Assembly (NCBI GenBank): GCA_963823555.1
Contig: CAWGMA010000004.1
Span: 64,001 to 128,000 of the forward strand
Source of the DNA: Candidatus Eiseniibacteriota bacterium
GTDB lineage: Bacteria > Eisenbacteria > RBG-16-71-46 > CAVPCR01
Direction: 5' to 3'
DNA: 64,000 bases
Each line of letters begins with the position of its first letter. Within the stretch, counting starts at the first letter, position 1. The position numbers and the translations under genes were made by a program. Below are positions 1-9,932 of the stretch, in pieces. Below the pieces are notes generated by a model, which did not search any database, was not told the DNA's origin, and saw only the letters and a list, made by a program, of their open reading frames with translations.

Positions 1-560
1 AATTGCCCTATGCCATGGATGCCCTGGAACCGCATATCTCGCGCGAGACGCTCGAGTACCACTACGGGAAGCACCATGCTGCCTATGTCAACAAGCTGAA
101 CGAACTCGTCAAGGGAACTCCGAATGAGAAGGCCTCGCTCGAGGACATCGTGAAGAAGGAATCGGGAGGGATCTTCAACAACGCAGCTCAGATCTGGAAT
201 CACACGTTCTATTGGCACTGTCTCGCGCCGAAGAGTGGAGCGCCGAGCGACAAGCTCCTGGCAGCCTTGAATGCGAACTTCGGCTCACTCGAGGAGTTCA
301 AGAAGCAGTTCTCGAACGCCGCGGCCACTCTGTTCGGCTCCGGCTGGGCATGGCTGGCCAAGAAGGGGGATGGCAAGCTCGAGATCGTCCAGGAATCGAA
401 TGCCGGTACGCCGCTCACGCGCGGTTACGCACCGCTGCTCACCTGTGACGTCTGGGAGCACGCCTACTACATCGACTACCGGAATGCGCGCCCGAAGTAC
501 ATCGAGGCATTCTGGAATCTGGTCAACTGGACATGGGTCGAGAAGCAGTGGCAGGCCTAG
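1..560 (+). CDS. sodB: Fe/Mn superoxide dismutase (5' end truncated by window edge)
   Basis: LPY..DALEPHIS..TLEYHYGKHH, NNAAQIWNHTFYW, FGSGWAWL and DVWEHAYYIDY signatures; the AAQ motif suggests the Fe type. Confidence 0.95.
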   Translation, partial: LPYAMDALEPHISRETLEYHYGKHHAAYVNKLNELVKGTPNEKASLEDIVKKESGGIFNNAAQIWNHTFYWHCLAPKSGAPSDKLLAALNANFGSLEEFKKQFSNAAATLFGSGWAWLAKKGDGKLEIVQESNAGTPLTRGYAPLLTCDVWEHAYYIDYRNARPKYIEAFWNLVNWTWVEKQWQA

Positions 561-614
561 AGCGAAGCCAGAGTCCCGTCGCTTCTAGGCGGTTCCTGTA
601 ACTCTGATGGTCGG

Positions 615-650
615 GCCCCGGGAAGCATCAGCTTCCCGGGGCTTGGCCTT
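615..650 (+). terminator. Hairpin, probable intrinsic terminator after sod
   Basis: Perfect 12-bp stem GCCCCGGGAAGC-atca-GCTTCCCGGGGC followed by a weak T tract. Confidence 0.55.
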
Positions 651-722
651 GTGGCCGGTGGGAGTGGTATGATGACCGATAGGGATGGGCCTTGCCGTCT
701 CGAAGCAAGGGGAGGGGAAGCC

Positions 723-1169
723 ATGTCCGACCGCCAGCCCTACCAGTACGTTCTCGAAGAGCACAAGGAACTTCTCGCCCACCTCGAGCAGATCGAATCG
801 CTCGTACGCCCTCATCGCGGGGAATCAGCCGCCGCCAGCGGTTCCGCCTCGCTCCGCGATGAGATCGGACTCCTGGCCGAGAGCCTGGCGCGTCACTTCG
901 CGGGGGAGGAACGGGGATTCCTGGCCGACCTTTCAGCCGAACGGCCGGAGTTCGCCCGCGAACTGGATGCGCTCGGGAAGGAGCACTCGGACCTCCTGGC
1001 CACCGTGACCACGCTCCGCGACCTGGCGCACAGCCTGCCCGACGCCGATCTCGTACACGAGGTTCGCGCCGGACTTCGCGATTTCTTCGCTCGCTTGCGG
1101 GAGCACGAACGCCGGGAGACCGATCTCGTCCAGGAGGCGGCGCTGCGCGATATCGGATTCTCGGCCTGA
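723..1169 (+). CDS. Hemerythrin-like (HHE) domain protein
   Basis: EEH...HFAGEE...EH...HERRE pattern; GGAGGGGAAG RBS before ATG 723. Confidence 0.75.
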   Translation: MSDRQPYQYVLEEHKELLAHLEQIESLVRPHRGESAAASGSASLRDEIGLLAESLARHFAGEERGFLADLSAERPEFARELDALGKEHSDLLATVTTLRDLAHSLPDADLVHEVRAGLRDFFARLREHERRETDLVQEAALRDIGFSA

Positions 1170-1376
1170 TCGGGGACCTGTCCGCCGCCTGGTCTCGTCG
1201 CCGGAGGCCGGCCGGATGGGCTGGCCCCGGCCGGCGGTCCTCCCTGCAAGCGCCCGGGGCCGGTCATCCCGCTGGTCCGCAGGGGAGATCGTCCTGCCTG
1301 GCTCGCCGTCCCATCGGTGCTTCATGCTTTCCCGCTCCTCCCGAGCCGTCCTCCGAAGATGTTCTACAGAAAGGGG

Positions 1377-1406
1377 TTGACAGTTAATAGATAGCCTGAT
1401 TAATAT
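1377..1406 (+). promoter_or_regulatory. Sigma70-type promoter of the marR-kor-hdr operon
   Basis: TTGACA (1377-1382), 18-nt spacer, TAATAT (1401-1406), in an AT-rich patch. Confidence 0.7.
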
Positions 1407-1437
1407 TTAACGTAGGTAACTATACCGGGGAGGATGC

Positions 1438-2097
1438 ATGGACGCAGCATCCGACCGGCGCCCGCCGGACACCACATGGGAGGGGGGAGGAGGTGGCGGT
1501 GAGGGCGCGGAGCTCGTACCGCTCCTACGCTCCAGCCACATCTTTGCCTCCGTCGTTCGCGAGTTTCTCGAGCTCAAGCTCCTGCGCGAAGTAAGTCCCG
1601 CTCCGCTCTCCCTCTCCCAGTTCCATCTTCTCAAGCTCGTTTGCGACAACGGGTCGCACCAGGTCGGGGAAGTCGCCGAGTTCCTCGGCGTCAGCCCTCC
1701 TGCCGCCACCAAGAACATCGACAAGCTCGAAGCTCTCGATCTCGTTCGCCGCAGTCCATCCCGCGGCGACCGGCGGGCCACGATGCTCCATGTCGGTCCC
1801 AAGGGCCGGCGGCTGGTCGATGACTACGAGCAACTCAAGACCGCACGACTGGCTCCCATCCTCGCCGGCTTCCGTCCGGAAGAACTCGGGCAACTCGCGA
1901 CGTTGCTCGAGCGCTTCTCGGTGGCGTTGCTCGAGGCCGAGGATTCGAACGGAGTCTGTCTACGATGTGCCGCCTATGTGGAGAGCGACTGCCCCGTGAG
2001 CCGTGTGCGCGGCTTCTGTCCTTACCAGAAGGCGCGCGGCGGGCGGGTGAGTGAACTGAACCCAGAGGGAGTTGACCGACTCGAGGGGAGTTCTTGA
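1438..2097 (+). CDS. MarR-family regulator with C-terminal Cys cluster
   Basis: LSLSQFHLL...VGEVAEFLGVSPPAATKNIDKLE..LVRR...DRR wHTH; tail CLRC-x7-C-x8-C. Confidence 0.85.
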   Translation: MDAASDRRPPDTTWEGGGGGGEGAELVPLLRSSHIFASVVREFLELKLLREVSPAPLSLSQFHLLKLVCDNGSHQVGEVAEFLGVSPPAATKNIDKLEALDLVRRSPSRGDRRATMLHVGPKGRRLVDDYEQLKTARLAPILAGFRPEELGQLATLLERFSVALLEAEDSNGVCLRCAAYVESDCPVSRVRGFCPYQKARGGRVSELNPEGVDRLEGSS

Positions 2098-2438
2098 TGG
2101 TCCTTTGGCGAAAACCCCTGGATCTCGATCAGGTCAAGATCCCGCGCGGAGAGGTGCGGATCATTGCTGATCGCTGCAAGGGATGCGGATTCTGCGTCGA
2201 GTACTGCCCGAAGGATGTCCTCGTGCTGTCCGAGGAATTCAATCGGAAGGGTTACCACCCGCCACGGGTGGTCAAGAGCGGAGAATGCGTGAACTGCAAT
2301 CTCTGCGAGATGATCTGCCCGGACTTCGCCATCTTCAGCGTTTCCGCCAACGGTCCGGCGCCGGACGCGGGCGAGGCGGATCGTTCGGCGGCCGGGCCGG
2401 CGACTGCGGTGGTGCCGAGCGCGGGTGGAGCGGCCTAG
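2097..2438 (+). CDS. korD: 2x[4Fe-4S] ferredoxin, 2-oxoacid:ferredoxin oxidoreductase delta subunit
   Basis: CKGCGFCVEYCP and CVNCNLCEMICPDFAI; directly upstream of the alpha subunit. Confidence 0.88.
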   Translation: MVLWRKPLDLDQVKIPRGEVRIIADRCKGCGFCVEYCPKDVLVLSEEFNRKGYHPPRVVKSGECVNCNLCEMICPDFAIFSVSANGPAPDAGEADRSAAGPATAVVPSAGGAA

Positions 2439-2470
2439 GCCAGCCTCCGCCCGGCCGAGGAGGATTCGAG

Positions 2471-3628
2471 GTGAAAGCGGATCCATTGGGTGTCCTGACC
2501 GGCGCCCACTATCTGGATGGCGATTTCGCTTGCGGCGAAGGGGCGATGGCTGCCGGGTGCCGCTTCGTCGCCGGCTATCCCATCACGCCGTCAACCGAGG
2601 TCGTCGAACGTATTGCTCGCCGCTTCCCCATGATGGGAGGCCTCTTCATCCAGATGGAGGATGAGCTCGCGAGCATGGCGGCCGTCGTCGGCGCGGCGTG
2701 GACCGGAACCAAATCGATGACCGTGACGAGCGGGCCAGGCTTCAGTCTGATGATGGAGAACATCGGGCTCGCGGCCATGATGGAGACGCCCTGTGTCGTG
2801 GTCAATGTCCAGCGTGCCGGACCTTCCACCGGTCTTCCGACCATGGTCGGCCAGGGCGACATGATGCAGGCGCGCTGGGGATCTCACGGCGATTACGAGA
2901 TCATCGCCTTGTGTCCTCGTTCTCCCCAGGAGGCATTCGATCTCACGATCGAAGCCTTCAACCTGGCGGAGACCTATCGTCTACCGGTTCTGATCATGAT
3001 GGATGAGTGCGTGGGTCACATGACGGAGAAGGTGGTGATCCCCCCCGCGGAAGAGATCGAGATCGTGCCGCGCCGCTTGACCGAGGAGCCACCGGATCGA
3101 TTCCGCCCCTACCGGGTCAACGGGAACATGATCCCCGAGTTCGCGCGGGCCGGTGATGGATTCCGTTTCCATACCACCGGACTTACTCATGACGAACGCG
3201 GCTATCCTGACATGACTGCCGAGTGCCAGGAGAAGAGTGTGCGGCGGCTCATCGACAAGGTGCGCGCCAATGCCGATCGCATCATCCGCGTCGAGGAAGA
3301 AGCGATCGAAGGGGCCGATGTGGTGGTGGTGACCTACGGCATCACCTCCCGCGTCGCTCGCATGGGAATCCAGATGGCGCGCAAGCAGGGAGTGAAGGTC
3401 GGGGCGCTCAGGCTGCTCGTGGTCTGGCCCTTCCCGGAGAAACGGATCCGGGAGCTGGCGGGGAGGGTCAAGGCGTTCGTGGTGCCCGAGATCAACTACG
3501 GACAGATCGTGCTCGAGGTGGAGCGCTGTGCTGCGGGCAAGGCGGCGGCGGTGTCCGTGACGCACGGCGGCGGCGGCGTCCATGATCCGGCCGCGATCTG
3601 CGAGGCCATAGTGAGGGCGGCGAAATGA
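2471..3628 (+). CDS. korA: 2-oxoacid (2-oxoglutarate-type):ferredoxin oxidoreductase alpha subunit
   Basis: AGYPITPSTE, QMEDELAS, TSGPGFSLM, VQRAGPSTGLPT; GTG start at 2471. Confidence 0.93.
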   Translation: MKADPLGVLTGAHYLDGDFACGEGAMAAGCRFVAGYPITPSTEVVERIARRFPMMGGLFIQMEDELASMAAVVGAAWTGTKSMTVTSGPGFSLMMENIGLAAMMETPCVVVNVQRAGPSTGLPTMVGQGDMMQARWGSHGDYEIIALCPRSPQEAFDLTIEAFNLAETYRLPVLIMMDECVGHMTEKVVIPPAEEIEIVPRRLTEEPPDRFRPYRVNGNMIPEFARAGDGFRFHTTGLTHDERGYPDMTAECQEKSVRRLIDKVRANADRIIRVEEEAIEGADVVVVTYGITSRVARMGIQMARKQGVKVGALRLLVVWPFPEKRIRELAGRVKAFVVPEINYGQIVLEVERCAAGKAAAVSVTHGGGGVHDPAAICEAIVRAAK

Positions 3629-4518
3629 CGACGGCTGATTCAACGACCGTTCGCGCGGAAGAGCATCCCATTGCGCCATACATCCGCATGGATCGTATGC
3701 CGCACATCTGGTGTCCGACCTGCGGGATCGGGACGGTGGTCAAGTGTTTTGCTTCTGCCCTGGAGCAGACCGGCGTCGACCTCGACAAGGTGGCGGTTGT
3801 CTCCGGGATCGGTTGCACGGGGCGCGTGGCTGGATACATGAAGCTCGACGGCTTCCACACCACCCACGGCCGGGCGATCCCCTTCGCCACCGGGCTCAAG
3901 CTGGCCCGGCCGGAGCTCAAGGTCACCGTCTTCTCCGGAGATGGCGACCTGGTGGGAATCGGCGGCAACCACTTCATCCATGCCGTGAGGCGGAACATGG
4001 ATCTGCTCGTCATCCTGGTCAACAACTTCATCTACGGGATGACAGGCGGGCAGAACGGGCCGACGACGCCGGTCACGGCGCGTTCGTCGACCATGCCTTT
4101 CGGCAACTTCGAACGGTCCTTCAACCTGCCCCATCTGGCGGCGAGCTGCGGGGCCACCTATGTCGCCCGCTGGACCTGTCTCCATGTGCGGCGGTTGACC
4201 AAGGCCTTCGCCGAGGGAATCGATCGCAAGGGGTTCCGGTTCATCGAGGTCATCACCCCGTGCTCGACTCTCTATGCGCGCCTCAACAAGCTCGGCACCG
4301 GCTTCGAGCTCATGAAGTTCTACCACGACAATGTCGAGATCCAGCACGCGGCGGATACGCGGGATGCGGACATTGGCTTCCAGGGAAAGATCCTCTGCGG
4401 GAAGTTCATCGATGAGGAGAGACCGACATTCCTCGAGATGATGCACGAGCACTACCGGAAGGTCCTGGGAGAGAAGTACGTACCGATGCCGCCCGAGGGA
4501 GGAATGCTCCGTGGATAG
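3625..4518 (+). CDS. korB: 2-oxoacid:ferredoxin oxidoreductase beta subunit (TPP-binding)
   Basis: WCPTCG, SGIGC, HTTHGRA, GDGD...IGGNH, NNFIYGMTGGQ. Confidence 0.93.
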   Translation: MTTADSTTVRAEEHPIAPYIRMDRMPHIWCPTCGIGTVVKCFASALEQTGVDLDKVAVVSGIGCTGRVAGYMKLDGFHTTHGRAIPFATGLKLARPELKVTVFSGDGDLVGIGGNHFIHAVRRNMDLLVILVNNFIYGMTGGQNGPTTPVTARSSTMPFGNFERSFNLPHLAASCGATYVARWTCLHVRRLTKAFAEGIDRKGFRFIEVITPCSTLYARLNKLGTGFELMKFYHDNVEIQHAADTRDADIGFQGKILCGKFIDEERPTFLEMMHEHYRKVLGEKYVPMPPEGGMLRG

Positions 4519-5119
4519 GCTCGAGATGCGGATCACAGGGTTCGGCGGCCAGGGGGTCGTGCTCGCCGGCTACATCTTCGGGCGCGCCTGCGCCATCCAC
4601 GCCGACAAGCACGCCACCATGATCCAGAGCTTCGGACCCGAGGCCCGCGGATCGGCTTGCAGTGCCACCCTGGTCGTATCCGACAGTGAGGTGCTTTACC
4701 CCTACGTCCAGCGGCCGGACATCCTGATCGTGATGTCCGGTGAAGGCTATGAGAAATACGGCGCCGAGCTCAAGGATGGAGGCACGCTGATCTGCGAGCG
4801 GGACCTCGTCAAGGCGGAACCGAAGCCGGGGCTCAAGATCTTTGCCGTGCCTTCGACCCGGATCGCGGAGACGCTGGGCAGGCCGATCGTGCAGAACATC
4901 GTCATGCTGGGCTTCGCGGCCGCCGTGATCGCTGCGGTGCCGCAAGAAGCGATGATCACGGCAGTGAAGGGATCGGTCCCGGCGGGGACCGAGGACATCA
5001 ATCTCAAGGCCTTCGCTGCCGGCTGGGAGTACTTCGAAACCGAGTACGGGAGCAAGGGGCAGGCGGCGCCGGCCAGCGAAGCGGTGGGAGCGGCGCCGGC
5101 GGAATCCGGAGCGACCTAG
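4511..5119 (+). CDS. korC: 2-oxoacid:ferredoxin oxidoreductase gamma subunit
   Basis: GFGGQGVVLAG, QSFGPEARG, NIVMLG, NLKAF. Confidence 0.9.
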   Translation: MDRLEMRITGFGGQGVVLAGYIFGRACAIHADKHATMIQSFGPEARGSACSATLVVSDSEVLYPYVQRPDILIVMSGEGYEKYGAELKDGGTLICERDLVKAEPKPGLKIFAVPSTRIAETLGRPIVQNIVMLGFAAAVIAAVPQEAMITAVKGSVPAGTEDINLKAFAAGWEYFETEYGSKGQAAPASEAVGAAPAESGAT

Positions 5120-5152
5120 TTGCGGGAGAGCCGCAAGGTGGAGTGAAAGAGG

Positions 5153-8100
5153 ATGGGCAAGCGACGGCAGCAGCCGGTGGAAACGATCGAGCCCGCGGTG
5201 GTGGAGAGACGGGCGCTGGTGATCGGTGGTGGTATCGCCGGTATCCAGGCAGCGCTGGATCTTGCCAACGCCCGCGTGCGCGTCAGTCTGGTGGAGAAGT
5301 CGCCGTCACTGGGTGGACGCATGGCCCAGCTCGACAAGACCTTTCCCACCATGGACTGCTCGATCTGAATCCTCGGCCCCAAGGCCATGGATGCCGGTCG
5401 GCATCCGCTCATCGACGTCATCACCAATGCCGAGGTCGTCGCCGCTGAGGGCGAGCCCGGTAGCTTCCGCGTGCGCGTTCGGCAGCACCCGCGCTTTGTC
5501 CGCGAGGATCGCTGCGTGGCCTGTGGGCTTTGCGTGGACGCTTGCCCCCAGGTCGGGGGCAATGAGTTCGACGTCGGCCTGAAGGCGCGCAAGGCCATCT
5601 ACCGCCCGTTCCCGCAGTCGGTGCCTGCGGCCTACGTTATCGACCGCGAATCCTGTCTCAACAAGAAGCTCCTGGTCTGCGATCGCTGCGTTCGCTCCTG
5701 CGACGTCGACGCCATCGACTTCGACATGGCGCCGCGGGACATCGATCTCGATGTCGGTTCGATCCTGGTGGCCGTCGGGTTCCAGGAGTTCGATGCCCGG
5801 AAGCTCGGCAACTACGGCTATGGGCGCTTTCCGAATGTGGTCACGAGCCTGGAGCTCGAGCGGATGCTGAACGCCTCCGGAGTCACCCAGGGCCATGTGG
5901 TACGACCCTCCGACGGCAAGACCCCACGGCGGATCGTCTTCATCCAGTGCGTGGGCGCGCGCGGCGAGGGTGGCCGTCCCTATTGCAGCCGCTTCTGCTG
6001 CATGAATGCAGTGAAGGACTCGATGCTCATCCGCCAGCACGATCCGGAGGTGGAGGAGATCACGATCCTCTACACCGACCTCCGGGCGTTCGGGAAGGGC
6101 TTCGATGACTTCCTCCAGCGCTCGATCGATGAAGAGAGCGCTCGCTACATCCGCGGCCGCCCGTCCAAGGTCGAGCATGTTCCGGAAGGCGATCAACTCG
6201 CGGTCTTCGTCGAGGACACACTGGGCCACGAGCTCAAACGGCTCGAGTCCGATCTCGTCGTGCTCTCCGTCGCGGCCGCTCCCAATGATGGCGCCATCCA
6301 TCTCGCCCGCATCCTCGGCATCGAGACCGACGCCTACGGTTTCATCGCGCGGCGGGATCCCGCCATCTCGGCGGTCGAGACCACCCGTCGCGGCGTCTTC
6401 GTCTGCGGCAGCGCGGTCGGGCCGCAGGTGATTCCGGACTGCGTGGCGCAAGCCTCGGCGGCCGCCTCGCGGGCCGGGCTGTTCTTGACCGGCCATCGTG
6501 TCGAGGAGCAGGAGTCGAAGGTCCAACCTCTGGATCTCTCCGGTCCACCGCGCGTCGGCGTCCTCGTATGTCACTGCGGCATCAACATCGCCGGCCTCCT
6601 CGACGTCGAGGAGCTCGCACGCCACGCCGCGGCCCTTCCCGATGTGGTGGTGGCTCGGACCCAGCTCTTCGCCTGCTCGGCCACCGGCCAGGATGAGCTG
6701 GTCGAGCTCGTCCGCGAGCACGGGCTGAACCGCATCGTGGTCGCGGCGTGCACGCCGCGCACCCATGAACCCGTCTTTCGCGAGACCTGCCTCAGGATCG
6801 GCTTCAATCCCTACCTCTTCGAGATGGTGAACATCCGCGATCAGTGTTCGTGGGTCCACGCGAAGCACCCGGCCGCGGCGCAGCAGAAGGCACGTGCCCT
6901 GATCGGGATGGGGGTGGCGCGGGCCCGGCACCTCGAGCCGCTCACGACCGGGCGCGCGCCGATGACGCGGGCCGCCCTGGTGATCGGGGGCGGTATCGCC
7001 GGCATCCAGGCGGCCACGGACCTGGCCGCCCAGGGTTTTCCCACCGTGCTCGTCGAGAAGTCGAGCCGGCTGGGCGGGCGCCTGGCCGAGCCCCATCTCA
7101 AGCATCTGTATCCCAGCCTCAGGCCGGCGGCCGAGGTGCTCGCCCAGAAGCAGAAGCGCCTCGAGGAGAGCGGAGCCCGCGTCCTGCTCGAGACCGAGGT
7201 CGAGGACATCAGTGGATTCGTGGGCAGCTTCACGGCGAAGCTGCGCGGCCGGACGACCGAGGAGCTCAAGGTCGGGGCCATCATCCTCGCTTTCGGGGCC
7301 GACCTCTACGATCCGGAAGGCGAGTTCGGTCGCGGGCGCTTGCCGAACGTGATCACGAGCGAGGAGCTCGAGCGGGCCTTCTTCTCGGGCGACGGCGAGC
7401 TGACCCTCGGCGGCCGGCGGCCGCAGCACGCGAGCTTCATTCTTTGCGTGGGCTCGCGCGAGGCGCACGGGTTCACCGGCTGCTCGCGCTACTGCTGCCC
7501 GACCGCGATCAAGCAGGCCATGCAGCTCACCCGCCAGGGGATCGATACGACCGTTTTCTACCGTGACATCCGCACCATCTCCACCGGAGCGGAGGAGATG
7601 TACCGCGAGGCGCGCGGTATGGGTGTGCTCTTCGTGCGCATCCCTCCCGGTGAGAAACCCGAGGTGGTGGGGAAGGAGCGGGTCGAGGCGGTGCGCTGCT
7701 TCGACGATCTCCTCGGCCGGCGCCTCGAGGTGCCGAGCGACCTCGTGGTCCTGAGCGTCGGCATGCGGCCGCGCCGGGAGGATACGGCCCGGTTCCACGA
7801 GATGCTCAAGGCGAGCCTCGGCCTCGACGGGTTCTTCCTCGAGCGGCACCCCGAGCTGGGACCGGTGGAAACCCAGGTCGAAGGGATCCTCCTCGCCGGC
7901 ACCGTGCAGGGTCCCAAGGACATCGTCGACACGGTGGCGCAGGCCTCGGCGGCCGCGGCCAAGGCGGCCGTATTCCTGGCCTACGACCAGGTCACGCTCG
8001 ATCCGGCGGTGGCGGTGGTGGACGAGGTCCGCTGCCGCGCCTGCGGCACCTGCGTCGACATCTGCCAGTTCCAGGCGCCGGAGCTCGTCGAACTGGCGCC

Positions 8101-8257
8101 GGGGATCACGACCGCGCGCATCAACGCCTCCCTGTGCAAGGGGTGCGGAACCTGCGCCAGCTGGTGTCCTTCCGGAGCGATCACGGCCAAGCACTTCACC
8201 GATCGGCAGTTGAACGCCATGATCGATGCCTTCTTCGCCGCGGAGGTGGAGTCATGA
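5153..8257 (+). CDS. hdrA: HdrA-like flavo-iron-sulfur protein with two FAD modules; predicted selenoprotein (TGA 5366-5368 = Sec72)
   Basis: ORFs 5153-5368 and 5387-8257 are in frame and join as [22 protein letters not shown]; two GGGIAG FAD motifs; CSRFCC and CSRYCC; ferredoxin motifs. Confidence 0.9.
5389..5406 (+). promoter_or_regulatory. Bacterial SECIS hairpin (hdrA1)
   Basis: GGATGCC-GGTC-GGCATCC, 7-bp stem starting after a 20-nt spacer from the in-frame TGA. Confidence 0.85.
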
Positions 8258-8766
8258 CGGCGACCGCTACATCCTTCACTCCCGACATCGTCGTGTTCGC
8301 GTGCAACTGGTGTTCCTATGCCGGAGCCGACACGGCCGGCGTGTCACGCATGCAGCACGAGCCGCACTTCCGGATGATCCGGGTCATGTGCTCCGGGCGT
8401 ATCCAGCCGGCCTTCGTCCTGCGCGCCTTCGAGCGCGGAGCCGACGGTGTGATCGTCTCCGGCTGCCATTTCGGCGACTGTCACTACGTCTTCGGCAACC
8501 ATCGGGCCGTCGAGCAGTTCGAGAAGACGATGGCGATCGTGAAGCTCCTGGGCATCGATCCGGGTCGCCTGCGGCTCGAGTGGATCAGCGCGGCTGAGGG
8601 CGCGCGGTTTGCGCAGGTCGTGAACGAGTTCATCGCCCAGGTGCGGGCACTCGGGCCGAGTCCGCTCCGGCGCCGGAGGCCGGCCGGCACGGAGTCGGGA
8701 TCGGGAGATCAGGTGGCGGTGGCGCACGCGGCGGCCGGGGCGCCGGGGGTGGGATGCAATGGTTGA
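8254..8766 (+). CDS. mvhD: MvhD/FlpD-type [2Fe-2S] subunit
   Basis: [39 protein letters not shown]. Confidence 0.93.
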   Translation: MTATATSFTPDIVVFACNWCSYAGADTAGVSRMQHEPHFRMIRVMCSGRIQPAFVLRAFERGADGVIVSGCHFGDCHYVFGNHRAVEQFEKTMAIVKLLGIDPGRLRLEWISAAEGARFAQVVNEFIAQVRALGPSPLRRRRPAGTESGSGDQVAVAHAAAGAPGVGCNG

Positions 8767-9904
8767 GCTCAAGGACATCACGCGGCGGGCTCGCACCTGG
8801 GCCTGCTATGACTGCGGCAAGTGCACCGCCACCTGCCCGCTGGCGCGGGTCGGCGGCGGGCTGAGCCCCCGCCGCTCGGTGCTGGCCGCGAACCTGGGCG
8901 ACCGCTCGGCGCTCCTCGTCGATGGCAGTCTCCGTGCCTGCCTCACCTGCAGCCAGTGCGATCAGCGGTGCCCGGTCGAGGTCGACTACACGAGCATGGT
9001 GCGAGAGCTCCGTGAGTTCACTCATCACGGACCGAGCGAGCCCGACTGCCCGCATGGGGGAGCCCTGCAATCGGTCATGCGCATGATGGCCCGAGGGGGT
9101 ACCACACAGAATCGACTCGAGTGGCTGGGCGGCGATCTGGCCACCGAGCCGGCCCAGGGCGAGGTCTTCTACTGGACCGGGTGCGGCGTCTACTACGACG
9201 CGTTCTTCAAGGACCTGGGAGTCGAGGCGGTTTCCGGCCTCCGCGCCGCGGTCCGGCTCATGAACCGGCTCGGCGTCAAGCCGGTGGTGTCCGCGGAAGA
9301 GCGTTGCTGTGGTCACGATCTTCTGTGGAACGGCGATCGAGCGAGCTTCGAGCTCCTGGCCCGGCACAACACGGCGCTCGTGGCCGCAAGCGGCGCCCAG
9401 TGGCTCGTGACCTCCTGCGCGGAGTGTCTGCGCACCTGGAAGGTCGACTATGCGCCGTTCCTGAGCCGCCCCCTCAAGGTCCTGCATATCACCGAATTCG
9501 TGGCCGAGCATCTCCCCGAGCTCAAGCTCAAGCCCGACGGCGAGAAGCGGGTCACCTTCCAGGATCCCTGCCGGATGGGCCGCCACCTCGGGCTCTACGA
9601 GCCGCCGCGCCGCATTCTCCGCGAGCTGCCCGGGGTCGAGTTCAAGGAGATGCGGCGGGCCGGAGCGGCGGCCGTTTGCTGTGCGGGCGGGACCTGGTCC
9701 AACTGCGACCGGTACGCCAAGCAGGTCCAGGTCGAGCGCCTGCGCGAGGCGCGTTCGACCGGCGCTCAAGTGCTGGTGACCGCATGTCCGAAGTGCCAGA
9801 TCCACTTCCGGTGTGCGATGCGAGATCCGAAGCTCGGAGCGGAAATCGAGATCGAAGTGCGAGATGTCGCCGAGCTCGTGGCCGAGAGGCTCGAGCCGGC
9901 TTGA
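8759..9904 (+). CDS. HdrD/GlpC-like Fe-S protein (2x4Fe-4S plus two CCG domains)
   Basis: CYDCGKCTATCP, CLTCSQCDQRCP, ERCCG, SCAEC, QDPCRMGR, CCAG, ACPKC. Confidence 0.88.
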   Translation: MVELKDITRRARTWACYDCGKCTATCPLARVGGGLSPRRSVLAANLGDRSALLVDGSLRACLTCSQCDQRCPVEVDYTSMVRELREFTHHGPSEPDCPHGGALQSVMRMMARGGTTQNRLEWLGGDLATEPAQGEVFYWTGCGVYYDAFFKDLGVEAVSGLRAAVRLMNRLGVKPVVSAEERCCGHDLLWNGDRASFELLARHNTALVAASGAQWLVTSCAECLRTWKVDYAPFLSRPLKVLHITEFVAEHLPELKLKPDGEKRVTFQDPCRMGRHLGLYEPPRRILRELPGVEFKEMRRAGAAAVCCAGGTWSNCDRYAKQVQVERLREARSTGAQVLVTACPKCQIHFRCAMRDPKLGAEIEIEVRDVAELVAERLEPA

Positions 9905-9932
9905 TCGATAGACCGAGAATGGAGAGGTTCTG

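Noticed and set aside
5153..5368. Separate 71-aa ORF (and the 202-aa ORF 9933-10541) as standalone genes or nonsense pseudogenes
   Set aside because: Both stops are TGA at the same conserved Cys position with matching hairpins, which is better explained as Sec
5306..8194. Long antisense or alternate-frame ORFs (e.g. 962 aa here; 17284-19518, 35589-37955, 52903-55233, 43507-45510)
   Set aside because: Shadow ORFs of well-supported genes in high-GC DNA, with no recognisable motifs
8254..8766. Possible Sec in the MvhD modules
   Set aside because: All ligand positions are Cys codons and there is no in-frame TGA
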